Below, piece after piece: positions 36,431 to 45,816 of a stretch of DNA of 64,000 nucleotides. The notes under the pieces were generated by a model, which was not told the origin of the DNA, made no database searches, and saw only the letters and a program-made list of their open reading frames with translations. Made by a program: the position numbers and the translations under genes. This stretch comes from a virus. Numbering within the stretch: the stretch's first letter is position 1; each line of letters opens with the position of its first letter. The stretch covers positions 32,001 through 96,000 of IMG/VR virus record IMGVR_UViG_3300034101_006340; one strand, 5' to 3'.

Positions 36431-38113
36431 ATGAGTAAAAAACTTAAAGTATTAATGGTTTCTGAAGCTAGTTTTCTTAGTTCTGGATTTGGAACATATA
36501 CTAAAGAGATTCTGTCTAGATTACATCAAACTGGCAAATATGAAATCGCAGAATTTGCCTGTTATGGTAAAGTTAATGATCCAAAAGATATCGAGATAGA
36601 CTGGAAATACTATGCTAATGCTGTAGAAGGAAATGATCCTCGCAGTCAAGAATATAATAGCTCGATGGAAAATCAGTTTGGTAAGTGGAGATTTGAGAGG
36701 GTTCTAATTGACTTTAAGCCAGATATTGTTATAGATGTTAGAGACTACTGGATGAGTGCTTATCAACAGTTTTCTCCCTTAAGACCATATTTTCATTGGA
36801 TCCTAATGCCAACGGTTGACTCTGCTCCTCAACAAGAAGAATGGATCGATACGTTTGTTCATACCGATGCTATTTTTACATATTCTGACTTTGGAAGAGA
36901 TACGCTTCTTCGTCAGAGTAATAATTCTATTAAATATATAGACACCACATCTCCGGGTGTGTCTCTACAAAACTTTCAATATTTACCCAAAGAATCCAGA
37001 CAACAACTAAGACAATTTTTTGGTATCGATCCAGAAGCCTTTGTTATAGGTTCGGTGATGAGAAACCAAAAACGCAAACTCATACCAGAACTTTTTGTTG
37101 CTCTCAAAGAATTTATTAAGTACCTAAAAGAGACTAATCATCCCAAAGCCGATAAAACTTTTCTTTATCTACACACAAGCTATCCGGATGCTGGATGGGA
37201 TCTTCCTCTTTTTCTTAAAGAATACGAGATTGGAAATAAGGTCCTATTCACGTATTCTTGCAAAAACTGCAAATTCTATAAGCCTTCTCTCTATCAGCAT
37301 CCATTAGCATTATGCCCCCGATGCGGACAAATGTCTATGAGTATGCCAAATGTTAGTAATGGTATTAGTCAACAAGAACTAAATACTATATATAATGTTA
37401 TGGATATTTATACTCAATATGCCATTTGTGAAGGGTTTGGTATGCCCCAAGTAGAAGCTGGTGCTGCTGGTGTTCCCATAGCTTCTGTTAACTATAGCGC
37501 TATGGAAGATATTGTACAATATTTAAAAGCATATCCAATAAAAGTTAATCAATTTTTTAGAGAACTAGAAACAAAAGCTATTAGAGTCTATCCTGATAAT
37601 GAGTCGTTGTTAGAAATATTAAAAAACTTTATAGAATTACCAGAATTTTTACAAGAACAAAAAAGACATGAGACCCGCAAATTGACAGAAGCAAGATACA
37701 ACTGGGATGATATTGCTAAGAAATGGGAAAAGTATTTAGACTCAGTTAAACTATCTAATCTTCAAGGAAAGTGGGATCAGATTTTACCACAAATAGCGGA
37801 AATCAATCCTCAAGAACTGGATCAATTTAAAGATCTTGCTCCGTCAGAACAGATTATGTCTATTGTGTCTCGTAAAATGGGTAATCATCCACTAATGACC
37901 TCAACCATGTTACTAAATATGATTAAAGATAGTGTTTATGGATTTACTATCAATGGTATACAAACACAACCGTACAATCTAGAACATGTTATTAATACTG
38001 TTAATAATTTGATAAAAAATCATAATATAGCTATGACAGCTTTAGCTAATGAAGATAAAATTTCTAAAGAAGATTTTATTAGCTATGCAGCTATGAAAGA
38101 GAATTTAAAATGA
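36431..38113 (+). CDS. GT4-like (GT-B) glycosyltransferase with inserted CxxC...CxxC motif
   Basis: SSGFG.Y, PDIVI, MRNQKRK, LYLHT, CEGFGMPQVEAGAAGVP; CKNCK...CPRCG insert. The ORF-track start at 36362 runs through the hairpin, so 36431 is preferred. Confidence 0.88.
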   Translation: MSKKLKVLMVSEASFLSSGFGTYTKEILSRLHQTGKYEIAEFACYGKVNDPKDIEIDWKYYANAVEGNDPRSQEYNSSMENQFGKWRFERVLIDFKPDIVIDVRDYWMSAYQQFSPLRPYFHWILMPTVDSAPQQEEWIDTFVHTDAIFTYSDFGRDTLLRQSNNSIKYIDTTSPGVSLQNFQYLPKESRQQLRQFFGIDPEAFVIGSVMRNQKRKLIPELFVALKEFIKYLKETNHPKADKTFLYLHTSYPDAGWDLPLFLKEYEIGNKVLFTYSCKNCKFYKPSLYQHPLALCPRCGQMSMSMPNVSNGISQQELNTIYNVMDIYTQYAICEGFGMPQVEAGAAGVPIASVNYSAMEDIVQYLKAYPIKVNQFFRELETKAIRVYPDNESLLEILKNFIELPEFLQEQKRHETRKLTEARYNWDDIAKKWEKYLDSVKLSNLQGKWDQILPQIAEINPQELDQFKDLAPSEQIMSIVSRKMGNHPLMTSTMLLNMIKDSVYGFTINGIQTQPYNLEHVINTVNNLIKNHNIAMTALANEDKISKEDFISYAAMKENLK

Positions 38114-39249
38114 AAAAAGTATTATTTATAGGAACCTATCGTCAACAAGATTCTTGGGGTCGTGAAGCTAGAGACTATATAAAAGCTATGTTAACAAATT
38201 CAAATATAGCTTTGTCTACTAGACCAATATACTATACGAATATGGTGGAAACCAATATTGATAATGACATTTTAAAATGCGAACACTCAACATACGATGA
38301 ATATGACGTTCTTTTACAGTACGGTCTGACCTCTTCTTTTCATAATAGTCAAAAAGCAAAGAAAAATATCGGAATTGTTAACGTTGAATTTAGTAAAGGC
38401 GAGTCAGTATATAACAATTTAATACTTAATAGACTAGATGAAATTTATGTGTCTACAGAACCAGAAAAAAAAGCTCTAACTAATGGTGGTATAACCAAGC
38501 CCGTAAAAGTTATACCAAAACCCATGGATTTAGAAAAAATACCACCATTGCAAAAATCTAACTTGATAAAATTTCCTTCTGCCATAGATTCATCTTTTAA
38601 GTTTTATTCTAGATCTAATCATGATGAGCGATCTAATTTGCACTTATTAATTACTGCTTTTCATTTAGCTTTTTCGGAATTAGATAGGGTGTCTTTAATT
38701 ATAGCTCCAAGTTCTGATGCTTCAAACCAATCATCTACCATAAAAAACAATATAGAAAAACTTGCACAACAGATTAAAAGTAGCTTACATACCAATAAAG
38801 TATTTAAAAATGAAATAGTTTTTACAGATAATTTTAATCAAGATACAATCATTGGTATACATAATAGTTGTGATTGTTTTGTTAATATTAATAGCGGTTC
38901 TAATTTTGATCAAGAAACTTTGATAGCATCGTATCTTGGCAAAACACCAATTGTATTACAAAATACTGGCTTAGATTATTTAGTTGGAGGAGAAAAGGGT
39001 GGATTTATTGTTAAATCAGAAAATTCGCCAGTGGTTCTTGGTAAGCCACCACTACCAGAAGACTACGATTTATTCAATGCAAAATACTCATGGAGAACTC
39101 CAATAATCAGTAGTCTTATAGAAACCATGCAAAAGGTTTATAATATGTACAAGAACGATAGAAAAATGTACCAGGAAAAACAGAACTTTGGTTCAAATCA
39201 AATTAATCAATATTCCTATTCGAACGTAGGACAACAATTATGCAGTTAA
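38110..39249 (+). CDS. GT4-like glycosyltransferase, degenerate
   Basis: WGREARDYIKAM, DEIYV, RSNLHLLITAF, IHNSCDCFVN...ASYLGKTPIV; lacks a clear EGFG motif. Confidence 0.65.
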   Translation: MKKVLFIGTYRQQDSWGREARDYIKAMLTNSNIALSTRPIYYTNMVETNIDNDILKCEHSTYDEYDVLLQYGLTSSFHNSQKAKKNIGIVNVEFSKGESVYNNLILNRLDEIYVSTEPEKKALTNGGITKPVKVIPKPMDLEKIPPLQKSNLIKFPSAIDSSFKFYSRSNHDERSNLHLLITAFHLAFSELDRVSLIIAPSSDASNQSSTIKNNIEKLAQQIKSSLHTNKVFKNEIVFTDNFNQDTIIGIHNSCDCFVNINSGSNFDQETLIASYLGKTPIVLQNTGLDYLVGGEKGGFIVKSENSPVVLGKPPLPEDYDLFNAKYSWRTPIISSLIETMQKVYNMYKNDRKMYQEKQNFGSNQINQYSYSNVGQQLCS

Positions 39250-40142
39250 GCTTCATGATAGACAACACGGTATTTCGTACGACATCAACAAAAGTATTAC
39301 AAAAAAATATTGTGTACGAGCCTAAGAATAGTTTATTGGATAATTTTTTATATTTAACAGATGACAATTATTTTATCTTAGAAAATAATACTTATGCTAC
39401 TAATGTTGATAATGTAATTAATCTACCAAATAATCATATTGGATTATATAATTACCATTTTTTAATGACTCATAATATTGAAAAACATATCAATGATACT
39501 ATATCTGCTGGTATGCACATTCCTATTCTATTTATAATAGATCAAGTTAAAGCCTACAAAAAAGAAGATAAACATATTATACAGCAAAAATTAAATAATC
39601 ATACTAAATTATATCTTAATGAAAACTCATTCCAGTCTTTTAAGTCTAATCATAAATCTATTCTAACAAAAATTGGAATACCTGTAGAACATTTTCAGTC
39701 ATCATCTGACTTCGAACAAAGAAAAGACATTGCTATATTTGATTACGGATCAGTAACACAACAATTAAAGTTTGCGCTAGAACAAAACGGAATGTCTTGC
39801 ACATTAATAAATACAAAAATTAATTTAGAAACACTTAACTATCTTTTTAACCGACATAAAATATGTTTAGACATATCAGATAATTATCTAGTTAATCTAA
39901 TGTCGGCTTTATGTTGCGGATGTAGAACCATTACAACAAAAAATAATCCGGTAATATCGCCTTTTATAAATCATATTGATCTTAATGATAATATTATATC
40001 AACGATTAAAGAATTGTCTTCTTCTAAGCCGGACGTTAAAGAACAAGTTGAATATGTAAAAGAAAAATATCCCTTTGAACCATTTAAACAAACTCTAAAA
40101 CAAATTATTAACGATATTAGCCACGAGGTATATACCAAATGA
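39240..40142 (+). CDS. GT-B-like hypothetical protein
   Basis: C-terminal LFNRHKICLD...NLMSALCCGCRTIT resembles the GT1/GT4 donor-binding region. Confidence 0.45.
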   Translation: MQLSFMIDNTVFRTTSTKVLQKNIVYEPKNSLLDNFLYLTDDNYFILENNTYATNVDNVINLPNNHIGLYNYHFLMTHNIEKHINDTISAGMHIPILFIIDQVKAYKKEDKHIIQQKLNNHTKLYLNENSFQSFKSNHKSILTKIGIPVEHFQSSSDFEQRKDIAIFDYGSVTQQLKFALEQNGMSCTLINTKINLETLNYLFNRHKICLDISDNYLVNLMSALCCGCRTITTKNNPVISPFINHIDLNDNIISTIKELSSSKPDVKEQVEYVKEKYPFEPFKQTLKQIINDISHEVYTK

Positions 40143-40552
40143 ATAGGAATATTAATTTAATCATAGACGATAGCGGATCTATAGAAGGCTACCAAAATAT
40201 AAAAATTCAAGACCTAAATAATGTCATTAATGGATTTGTTAATAATATTATTTGTGAATGTCTTGATAAGATAGAATTTGCGCAAAGACTAGATGTGTTT
40301 AAGGCTATTTTGTCAAAACTAGCCTTTGATGGTACGGCTACATTTAAATGTATTAATGCTACAATGCTATCCAGTCGTATTCTGAAAAATGAGATAGATG
40401 CAAAAAAAATATCGGATATTATTAAAGATATAAATTCTTTATGGACAGAATCTCTGATCGTAGAAGCTTTTTCATCTTTTCCAAATATAGTAGTACAAAA
40501 AAATTACATTGAACACATATATACAGTAATTACTGTAACAAAAACACTATGA
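40139..40552 (+). CDS. Hypothetical protein, possible degenerate methyltransferase fold
   Basis: ECLDKI...FKAILSKLAFDGTATF recalls HVLEH...R.LKPGG.L segments; no SAM-binding glycine motif. Confidence 0.35.
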   Translation: MNRNINLIIDDSGSIEGYQNIKIQDLNNVINGFVNNIICECLDKIEFAQRLDVFKAILSKLAFDGTATFKCINATMLSSRILKNEIDAKKISDIIKDINSLWTESLIVEAFSSFPNIVVQKNYIEHIYTVITVTKTL

Positions 40553-41253
40553 CAAAAATAGCTTGTTGTATTTTTGCACACGAAATAACAAAAGGCATGA
40601 AATCTTATGGATCTATTGGCCTATTGAAATCGAGCAACAAAACCAAGGAGCTTATATATTATTGTGTTAAATATATAAAAGGAGCAATACATAGTAAAAA
40701 TATCTTTGTTCTATTGGGCTTTGAAGAAGATAAGCTTATTAAAAAAATTAAAGAATATAATCTAATAACAGAAGATAATACTATAAGCAATATAGAGTAT
40801 ATAGAAAAAAATCAAGGCTATGCTTTTAAACTGGCATTAACAAAAATTCTACAAAACAATCACAACATAAACGGTGTTTTATTCTTTAATAGTAACAGTA
40901 TTATAAAAAAACTGCCAACCTATTCGACAAAAGAATCATGGATATTGATTGATAAAAAAATCAAAACACCCAGATATAATATTGGTTGTTTTATAGATGA
41001 AGACAATTATGTTCAACATTTGTTTTATGATTTAGGAGATAAATATTGGGCGGAAGCTGTTTATTTTACTATAGATGATCTTAAAAAAATGTATTCACAG
41101 ATGGATCTTTTGTATTATGATAATATGTTTTTATTTGAGATTATCAATACCACAATTGAAAAACAACTATTAAATATTAAAGCTATATATAATAATAAAA
41201 CAAGTAATATTATTAAAATTACTGGATTAAAAGATAAACATAAAATTAGATAA
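40549..41253 (+). CDS. Degenerate nucleotidyltransferase-like (LicC/NTP_transf-like) protein
   Basis: FAHEITKGMKSYGSIGLL parallels LAAGxGTRMKSxxPKxLL; VLLGFEEDKL; MFLFEIIN. Confidence 0.5.
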   Translation: MTKIACCIFAHEITKGMKSYGSIGLLKSSNKTKELIYYCVKYIKGAIHSKNIFVLLGFEEDKLIKKIKEYNLITEDNTISNIEYIEKNQGYAFKLALTKILQNNHNINGVLFFNSNSIIKKLPTYSTKESWILIDKKIKTPRYNIGCFIDEDNYVQHLFYDLGDKYWAEAVYFTIDDLKKMYSQMDLLYYDNMFLFEIINTTIEKQLLNIKAIYNNKTSNIIKITGLKDKHKIR

Positions 41254-41261
41254 GAGTTTAT

Positions 41262-42038
41262 ATGCAAAAAATATTAGTACATTCCAACGGCAATAGACAG
41301 TACAGGTCTTTAATAAGGCACTTATCTCTACTACAGAGCGAATCTATTTCTGTACAGATTAGCAATCTACATAATAATATATTTGATACTACTTATGTTT
41401 TTAAACCAGATATTTTGTTGTATCCTTTTATAGAGTATACTCAAGAAATTCATAACTATGTGGAAAATTATCATAATAAACATAAAATTATATTATATAT
41501 AGATCTTATCATAGAAAATCCCAATCTTGTTTCTTATCTTTCACAAACAAACTGCTCTTTCGTTGTCAAAAACAATACAACACAATTCAACAGCAAGGCT
41601 CTGACATTTGATTATTTATATGATGATACCATATACTATATGATCCCAGATATTATAAAAAATAATAAAGTTGCAGTCTCTTTATCTAATGATAATACAA
41701 AAAATAAAACCATACTAGAGTCCTACATATATCCAAATGAATGTGAATATCCAATAGTATTATTTAATAATCCAGAATTTAAACATCCGCAAAATATAGG
41801 TATATATAACGAACAGGATTTAAATTATGTGCTCAATACTTATTCTTATTTTGTTGATATTGATCGTGAATTTGAATTAGAAACAGCCGCTACTAATACT
41901 TTATGGTTAGACGGAAACCATGATTTTATTGAACAAATCAAGCATAATCAGATATCCAATCAGTTTACAAAAACACATGAAAAATATCGTGTTTCTAATT
42001 TTATGAAAGAACAACTTATACCATACCTAGGACTATAA
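41262..42038 (+). CDS. Hypothetical protein, GT-like
   Basis: FKPDILL, LNYVLNTYSYFVD...ELETAAT; in operon with GTs. Confidence 0.45.
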   Translation: MQKILVHSNGNRQYRSLIRHLSLLQSESISVQISNLHNNIFDTTYVFKPDILLYPFIEYTQEIHNYVENYHNKHKIILYIDLIIENPNLVSYLSQTNCSFVVKNNTTQFNSKALTFDYLYDDTIYYMIPDIIKNNKVAVSLSNDNTKNKTILESYIYPNECEYPIVLFNNPEFKHPQNIGIYNEQDLNYVLNTYSYFVDIDREFELETAATNTLWLDGNHDFIEQIKHNQISNQFTKTHEKYRVSNFMKEQLIPYLGL

Positions 42039-42039
42039 T

Positions 42040-42507
42040 ATGAATATAGGATTTTATCTACCAAATATTAATCAACAAATTGAGGAACACAGATATATTG
42101 TTGAGAATATTAATAAACTATGTGAATTGAGACCATATGATCATATTGTAATATTTAATAATTATTTCCAGCTTCTGGATTCAAATAAAAAATATTATAT
42201 ATTATCAGCCAATCATGCAAAATACTTTAGAGGTATTTTATTCTTGTTTGATACACAAAGCGCGTTTTTGACTCAAACTTTTCCTGGTCCAGATAAACAG
42301 ATTTTATATATGCAAACACCTGAGTGGGCGGAGCGTTCAAATGTTCCGTATATGATGTGGCATAATATATACTTAAATAATAAATTTGAAACATTAGCAG
42401 GAAATGATGATATTGCTAAGTTGCTCGATATTTGCTGGAAACCACCTCTAGCCAAAATAGATAAATTTAATTATAAAGAGGTTAATAATGTTATACAACG
42501 AATATGA
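42040..42507 (+). CDS. Hypothetical protein
   Basis: 155-aa ORF within the operon. Confidence 0.65.
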   Translation: MNIGFYLPNINQQIEEHRYIVENINKLCELRPYDHIVIFNNYFQLLDSNKKYYILSANHAKYFRGILFLFDTQSAFLTQTFPGPDKQILYMQTPEWAERSNVPYMMWHNIYLNNKFETLAGNDDIAKLLDICWKPPLAKIDKFNYKEVNNVIQRI

Positions 42508-43270
42508 CGAAAGTGGCAAAAAAAAATTATTACAAAAGCTTTATTTGCAAGAAAATAAAAGCTTTCAAGAAATTGCTGAGCTATATCATACATATCCTAA
42601 TAAAATTAGAAGAGACGCTATTAAATTTAAAATACAAATTAGAGATAAAAGCCTAGCACAAAAAAACGCATTAAAAACAGGAAAACACAAACATCCAACC
42701 AAAGGAACAAAAAGATCTGAATCCACAAAAACAAAAATTGGACAAAGCATTATTCAACAGTGGGAGAATATGGATGATGGAACCAAAAAAACGAGAAAAG
42801 AAAAAGCAAAACACTTATGGAATAGCCTTAGCGAAGATGAAAAACAAGAAAGACTAATTGCTGCTAATCAAGCGGTTCGAACAACAAGCAAAACAGGATC
42901 TAAACTAGAACACTATTTATTAAAATGTCTAATTAATGATAACTATAAAGTTGAATTTCACAAAGAACAGATTTTATCAAACACCAAGTTGCAACTTGAC
43001 CTGTTTCTGCCTACTATGAATATTGCGATAGAGATCGATGGACCTTCTCATTTTCTTCCAGTTTGGGGAGAAGAATCGTTAGCAAAAAATCAAAAGTATG
43101 ATAGAAAAAAATCTGGTTTGATCATTGGAAAAGGACTAAAATTAATAAGAATAAAACAGATACATGATTTTTCAAATGCTAGAGCACATCAAGTATATAT
43201 GTCTTTAAAACTACTATTAGATAATAAACAGGCTTTCGCTAATTCGAACATTCTAGAAATAGAGGATTAA
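42488..43270 (+). mobile_element. Free-standing homing-type endonuclease (HTH + NUMOD3-like + Vsr/EDxHD-like nuclease)
   Basis: KSFQEIAELY HTH, KGTKRSESTKTKIGQS (NUMOD3-like), SKLEHYL...LDLFL...AIEIDGPSHF...DRKK...LIRIK. Confidence 0.7.
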
Positions 43271-43271
43271 A

Positions 43272-43991
43272 ATGGCTAAAAAGGATAAGTCGGAAATAGA
43301 AACACAAGATATGAAAACTACTTCTAATCCAAAGATTACTGATTTGGAGTGGACAGATTATGTACTAGGTCTTTTATCCGATGATGAAAAAATAATGGGA
43401 AATCCTACAACCGATGGTTTAAGACGAGTATTTGAGCTGGCTATGGAGGCTAGAATAATATCATCAACCTCTCAAATCGTTCAATCTCCGTCTCCAGAGA
43501 ACGAAAAAAGAGCAACGGTTTGTCATTCTCTAACATTTCGTTTAAATCCTGGTATAGCCGACCCAGAAGGTTTAAATCTATTGACTGTAGACGGCTCAGC
43601 GGATGTGTATTGGGGCAATTGTGATAAGATTTTCCGTAATCATCCCGTCGCCGTTGCAGAAACCAGAGCAGAAGGAAGAGCTTTGAGAAGAGCATTAAGA
43701 CTTAAGAAAGTTGTTGCGGCTGAAGAACTGGCAGAATCTGTAGAAGACAATGTTGACGGATTAACGGTTACAAAAATTAGCTCTAATCAAATTAATTTTA
43801 TAGATGTTATTGCTAAAAGATTAAATATTAATGTAACCAAACTTTTTGATGAGCTTGACATTACCTATGATTCGATATATAATATTAAGCATGAACACGC
43901 TGTTTCGTCCGTTCAAAAACTGAACCACTATCAGCAAAATATGTCCAATATACCAGAGCAACTAATAGGATACCAGGACACCTGGAAATAG
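43272..43991 (+). CDS. Putative single-strand annealing protein (Rad52-like fold)
   Basis: DGLRR...RATV...DGSAD...AVAETRAEGRALRRAL motif followed by a helical C-terminal domain; GAGGA SD. Confidence 0.5.
   Translation: MAKKDKSEIETQDMKTTSNPKITDLEWTDYVLGLLSDDEKIMGNPTTDGLRRVFELAMEARIISSTSQIVQSPSPENEKRATVCHSLTFRLNPGIADPEGLNLLTVDGSADVYWGNCDKIFRNHPVAVAETRAEGRALRRALRLKKVVAAEELAESVEDNVDGLTVTKISSNQINFIDVIAKRLNINVTKLFDELDITYDSIYNIKHEHAVSSVQKLNHYQQNMSNIPEQLIGYQDTWK
43855..43883 (+). promoter_or_regulatory. Perfect sigma70 consensus promoter embedded in a coding sequence
   Basis: cTTGACA (43855-43860), 17 nt, TATAAT (43878-43883), about 110 nt upstream of the ATG at 43994. Confidence 0.7.
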
Positions 43992-43993
43992 CC

Positions 43994-44344
43994 ATGAAAG
44001 TAAAATATAAAGTAGGCGATAAATTAGAATTCGAACTTGAAGGCGCCGGTCAAAAAGAAATTTTTAAAGAATTAGCTATCATCCAAGAAATTTTTGCTGA
44101 AGAAAAATGTGGACTATGTGGTAGTAATAATCTTCGGTTTGTGGTTAGGAATGTAGAAGGCAACGACTATTATGAATTAAGATGTGTTGATTGCGGAGCA
44201 CTACTCGCATTTGGACAACACAAAAAAGGTGGAACTTTGTTTCCAAAAAGAAAGGACGATGAAGGCAATTGGTTACCAAACAAAGGTTGGCACAAATGGG
44301 CTCCTCAGCAACAAGAAACAGAAAACAACAAAAAGAAAAAGTAA
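43994..44344 (+). CDS. Zinc-ribbon hypothetical protein
   Basis: CGLCGS...YYELRCVDCGA. Confidence 0.75.
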   Translation: MKVKYKVGDKLEFELEGAGQKEIFKELAIIQEIFAEEKCGLCGSNNLRFVVRNVEGNDYYELRCVDCGALLAFGQHKKGGTLFPKRKDDEGNWLPNKGWHKWAPQQQETENNKKKK

Positions 44345-45315
44345 CAGAAAATCGACAATTTACAAAAGAAGAAAAAATAGAATTACATTCTTTTATAACC
44401 AGTTTGGTTTTTCATACTTTTTTCTTATTGTTTTTGTCTTTAATATATGAAATTCCTGTTACAGATAAGCCCATTCTTGTTAGTTTATCTTTTAGTTCCA
44501 GCGAAGATCTTATCGAGCCAAATTTAGAAGCTACTATAGTAGATATATCAAGCTTTTCTGCTGAATCTGTACCAGAAAACCACGATCCTATAGAATCGTC
44601 TTCTATTATAGTAGAGGCTATAAACAACACCGCTGTTGATTTAGAAACCATCAGTCTTGATAATCCAGAGAATATAGATAATCGAAAATTATTATCTGAA
44701 AGTATTCCCATAGAAAGTCTAACTGCTATTGTCAATAGTTCTTTGACGGCAAGTATCGATAAAGAAACAGACGCGCCGGCGCAAGAAACACAAACCAATG
44801 TTTTAGAGGATCTAATCAAAACAACCTCTGCTGGACTATTGGCACAAAATAAAACTGCTAATATGTTTCGTGGTCGCTCTGGACCTATAAACAGAGCAGG
44901 AACTGGAATCTCCCAAAGACTAACGGAGGCTGGTGCTCAAACAGGAGACATTCAAATATCTATAGCCTGGGACACTATAGATGATATAGATTTACATGTG
45001 ATAGTAAATACTAATGGTCATTTAGATATAATTAATTGGACACGACGAATTGGTACCGGTGGTGGTATGCTGGACGTGGATATGAATGCCAATAATACTG
45101 CTTTAGTAAATCAACCAGTAGAAAATATATTTTGGCCACATAAATCCTATCCTAGGGGTTCTTTTATGGTGGGAATTCATTTTTTCAGATCTTGGACAGG
45201 AAATAGACAAGTACCTGTTTTAGTTAGGGTGAAAAACGGAGACCATATAGAAACTTTTAATGTAGTTGCCATAATAGGTAATAGCGTACAAGAAGTAACA
45301 AGATTTAGTTACTAG
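44296..45315 (+). CDS. Membrane-anchored protein with C-terminal YfaP/DUF2135-like domain
   Basis: Hydrophobic SLVFHTFFLLFLSLI, acidic linker, then GDIQISIAWDTIDDIDLHV...GGMLDVDMN...VENIFW. Start uncertain (TTG 44269 or ATG 44296). Confidence 0.7.
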   Translation: MGSSATRNRKQQKEKVTENRQFTKEEKIELHSFITSLVFHTFFLLFLSLIYEIPVTDKPILVSLSFSSSEDLIEPNLEATIVDISSFSAESVPENHDPIESSSIIVEAINNTAVDLETISLDNPENIDNRKLLSESIPIESLTAIVNSSLTASIDKETDAPAQETQTNVLEDLIKTTSAGLLAQNKTANMFRGRSGPINRAGTGISQRLTEAGAQTGDIQISIAWDTIDDIDLHVIVNTNGHLDIINWTRRIGTGGGMLDVDMNANNTALVNQPVENIFWPHKSYPRGSFMVGIHFFRSWTGNRQVPVLVRVKNGDHIETFNVVAIIGNSVQEVTRFSY

Positions 45316-45808
45316 GACTATCTATAATAGGACCCCACTTATTGATTGGACAGGCGTGTCTCTTATGTGCTAGTTTATTATTAAAGTTTTTATCTCTAAC
45401 AACTACACACCCACACAATAAGCAAGAACTATCTTTAAAATGTTCGCACTTATGACAAATATCTAATCTTTCATCTATCTGTTCTTTGCTGCACATAATA
45501 TCAGATGGTTCTGTTGGTGTGGGCATGTTCTGCATATCTGGGATTGGTTGTCTTTCGAGATCTACTTGTTGAGAGACCAATGCTTTAAATTGTGCTTCTG
45601 ATTCAGCATGAAGATTTAAAACTTTATGTTGTTTAGGTAATATTTCGTTTTCAATTTGTGTCATTACTTCATTATGTTTTTTAAAACATATGATATTAAT
45701 TGTAGGATCTTCTAAAGCTAATTGAGATCCACAATACGAGCATTTATAAATTTTTTTATCACGAAATATTTTACCGGTATCCTCAAAATTACAAAATGAT
45801 AAACTCAT
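45305..45808 (-). CDS. Small Cys-rich protein
   Basis: CSYCG...C and RLDICHKCEHF...CLLCGC...CPINKW; AGGA SD-like sequence upstream. Confidence 0.75.
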   Translation of the reverse strand: MSLSFCNFEDTGKIFRDKKIYKCSYCGSQLALEDPTINIICFKKHNEVMTQIENEILPKQHKVLNLHAESEAQFKALVSQQVDLERQPIPDMQNMPTPTEPSDIMCSKEQIDERLDICHKCEHFKDSSCLLCGCVVVRDKNFNNKLAHKRHACPINKWGPIIDSPSN

Positions 45809-45816
45809 AATTAATC

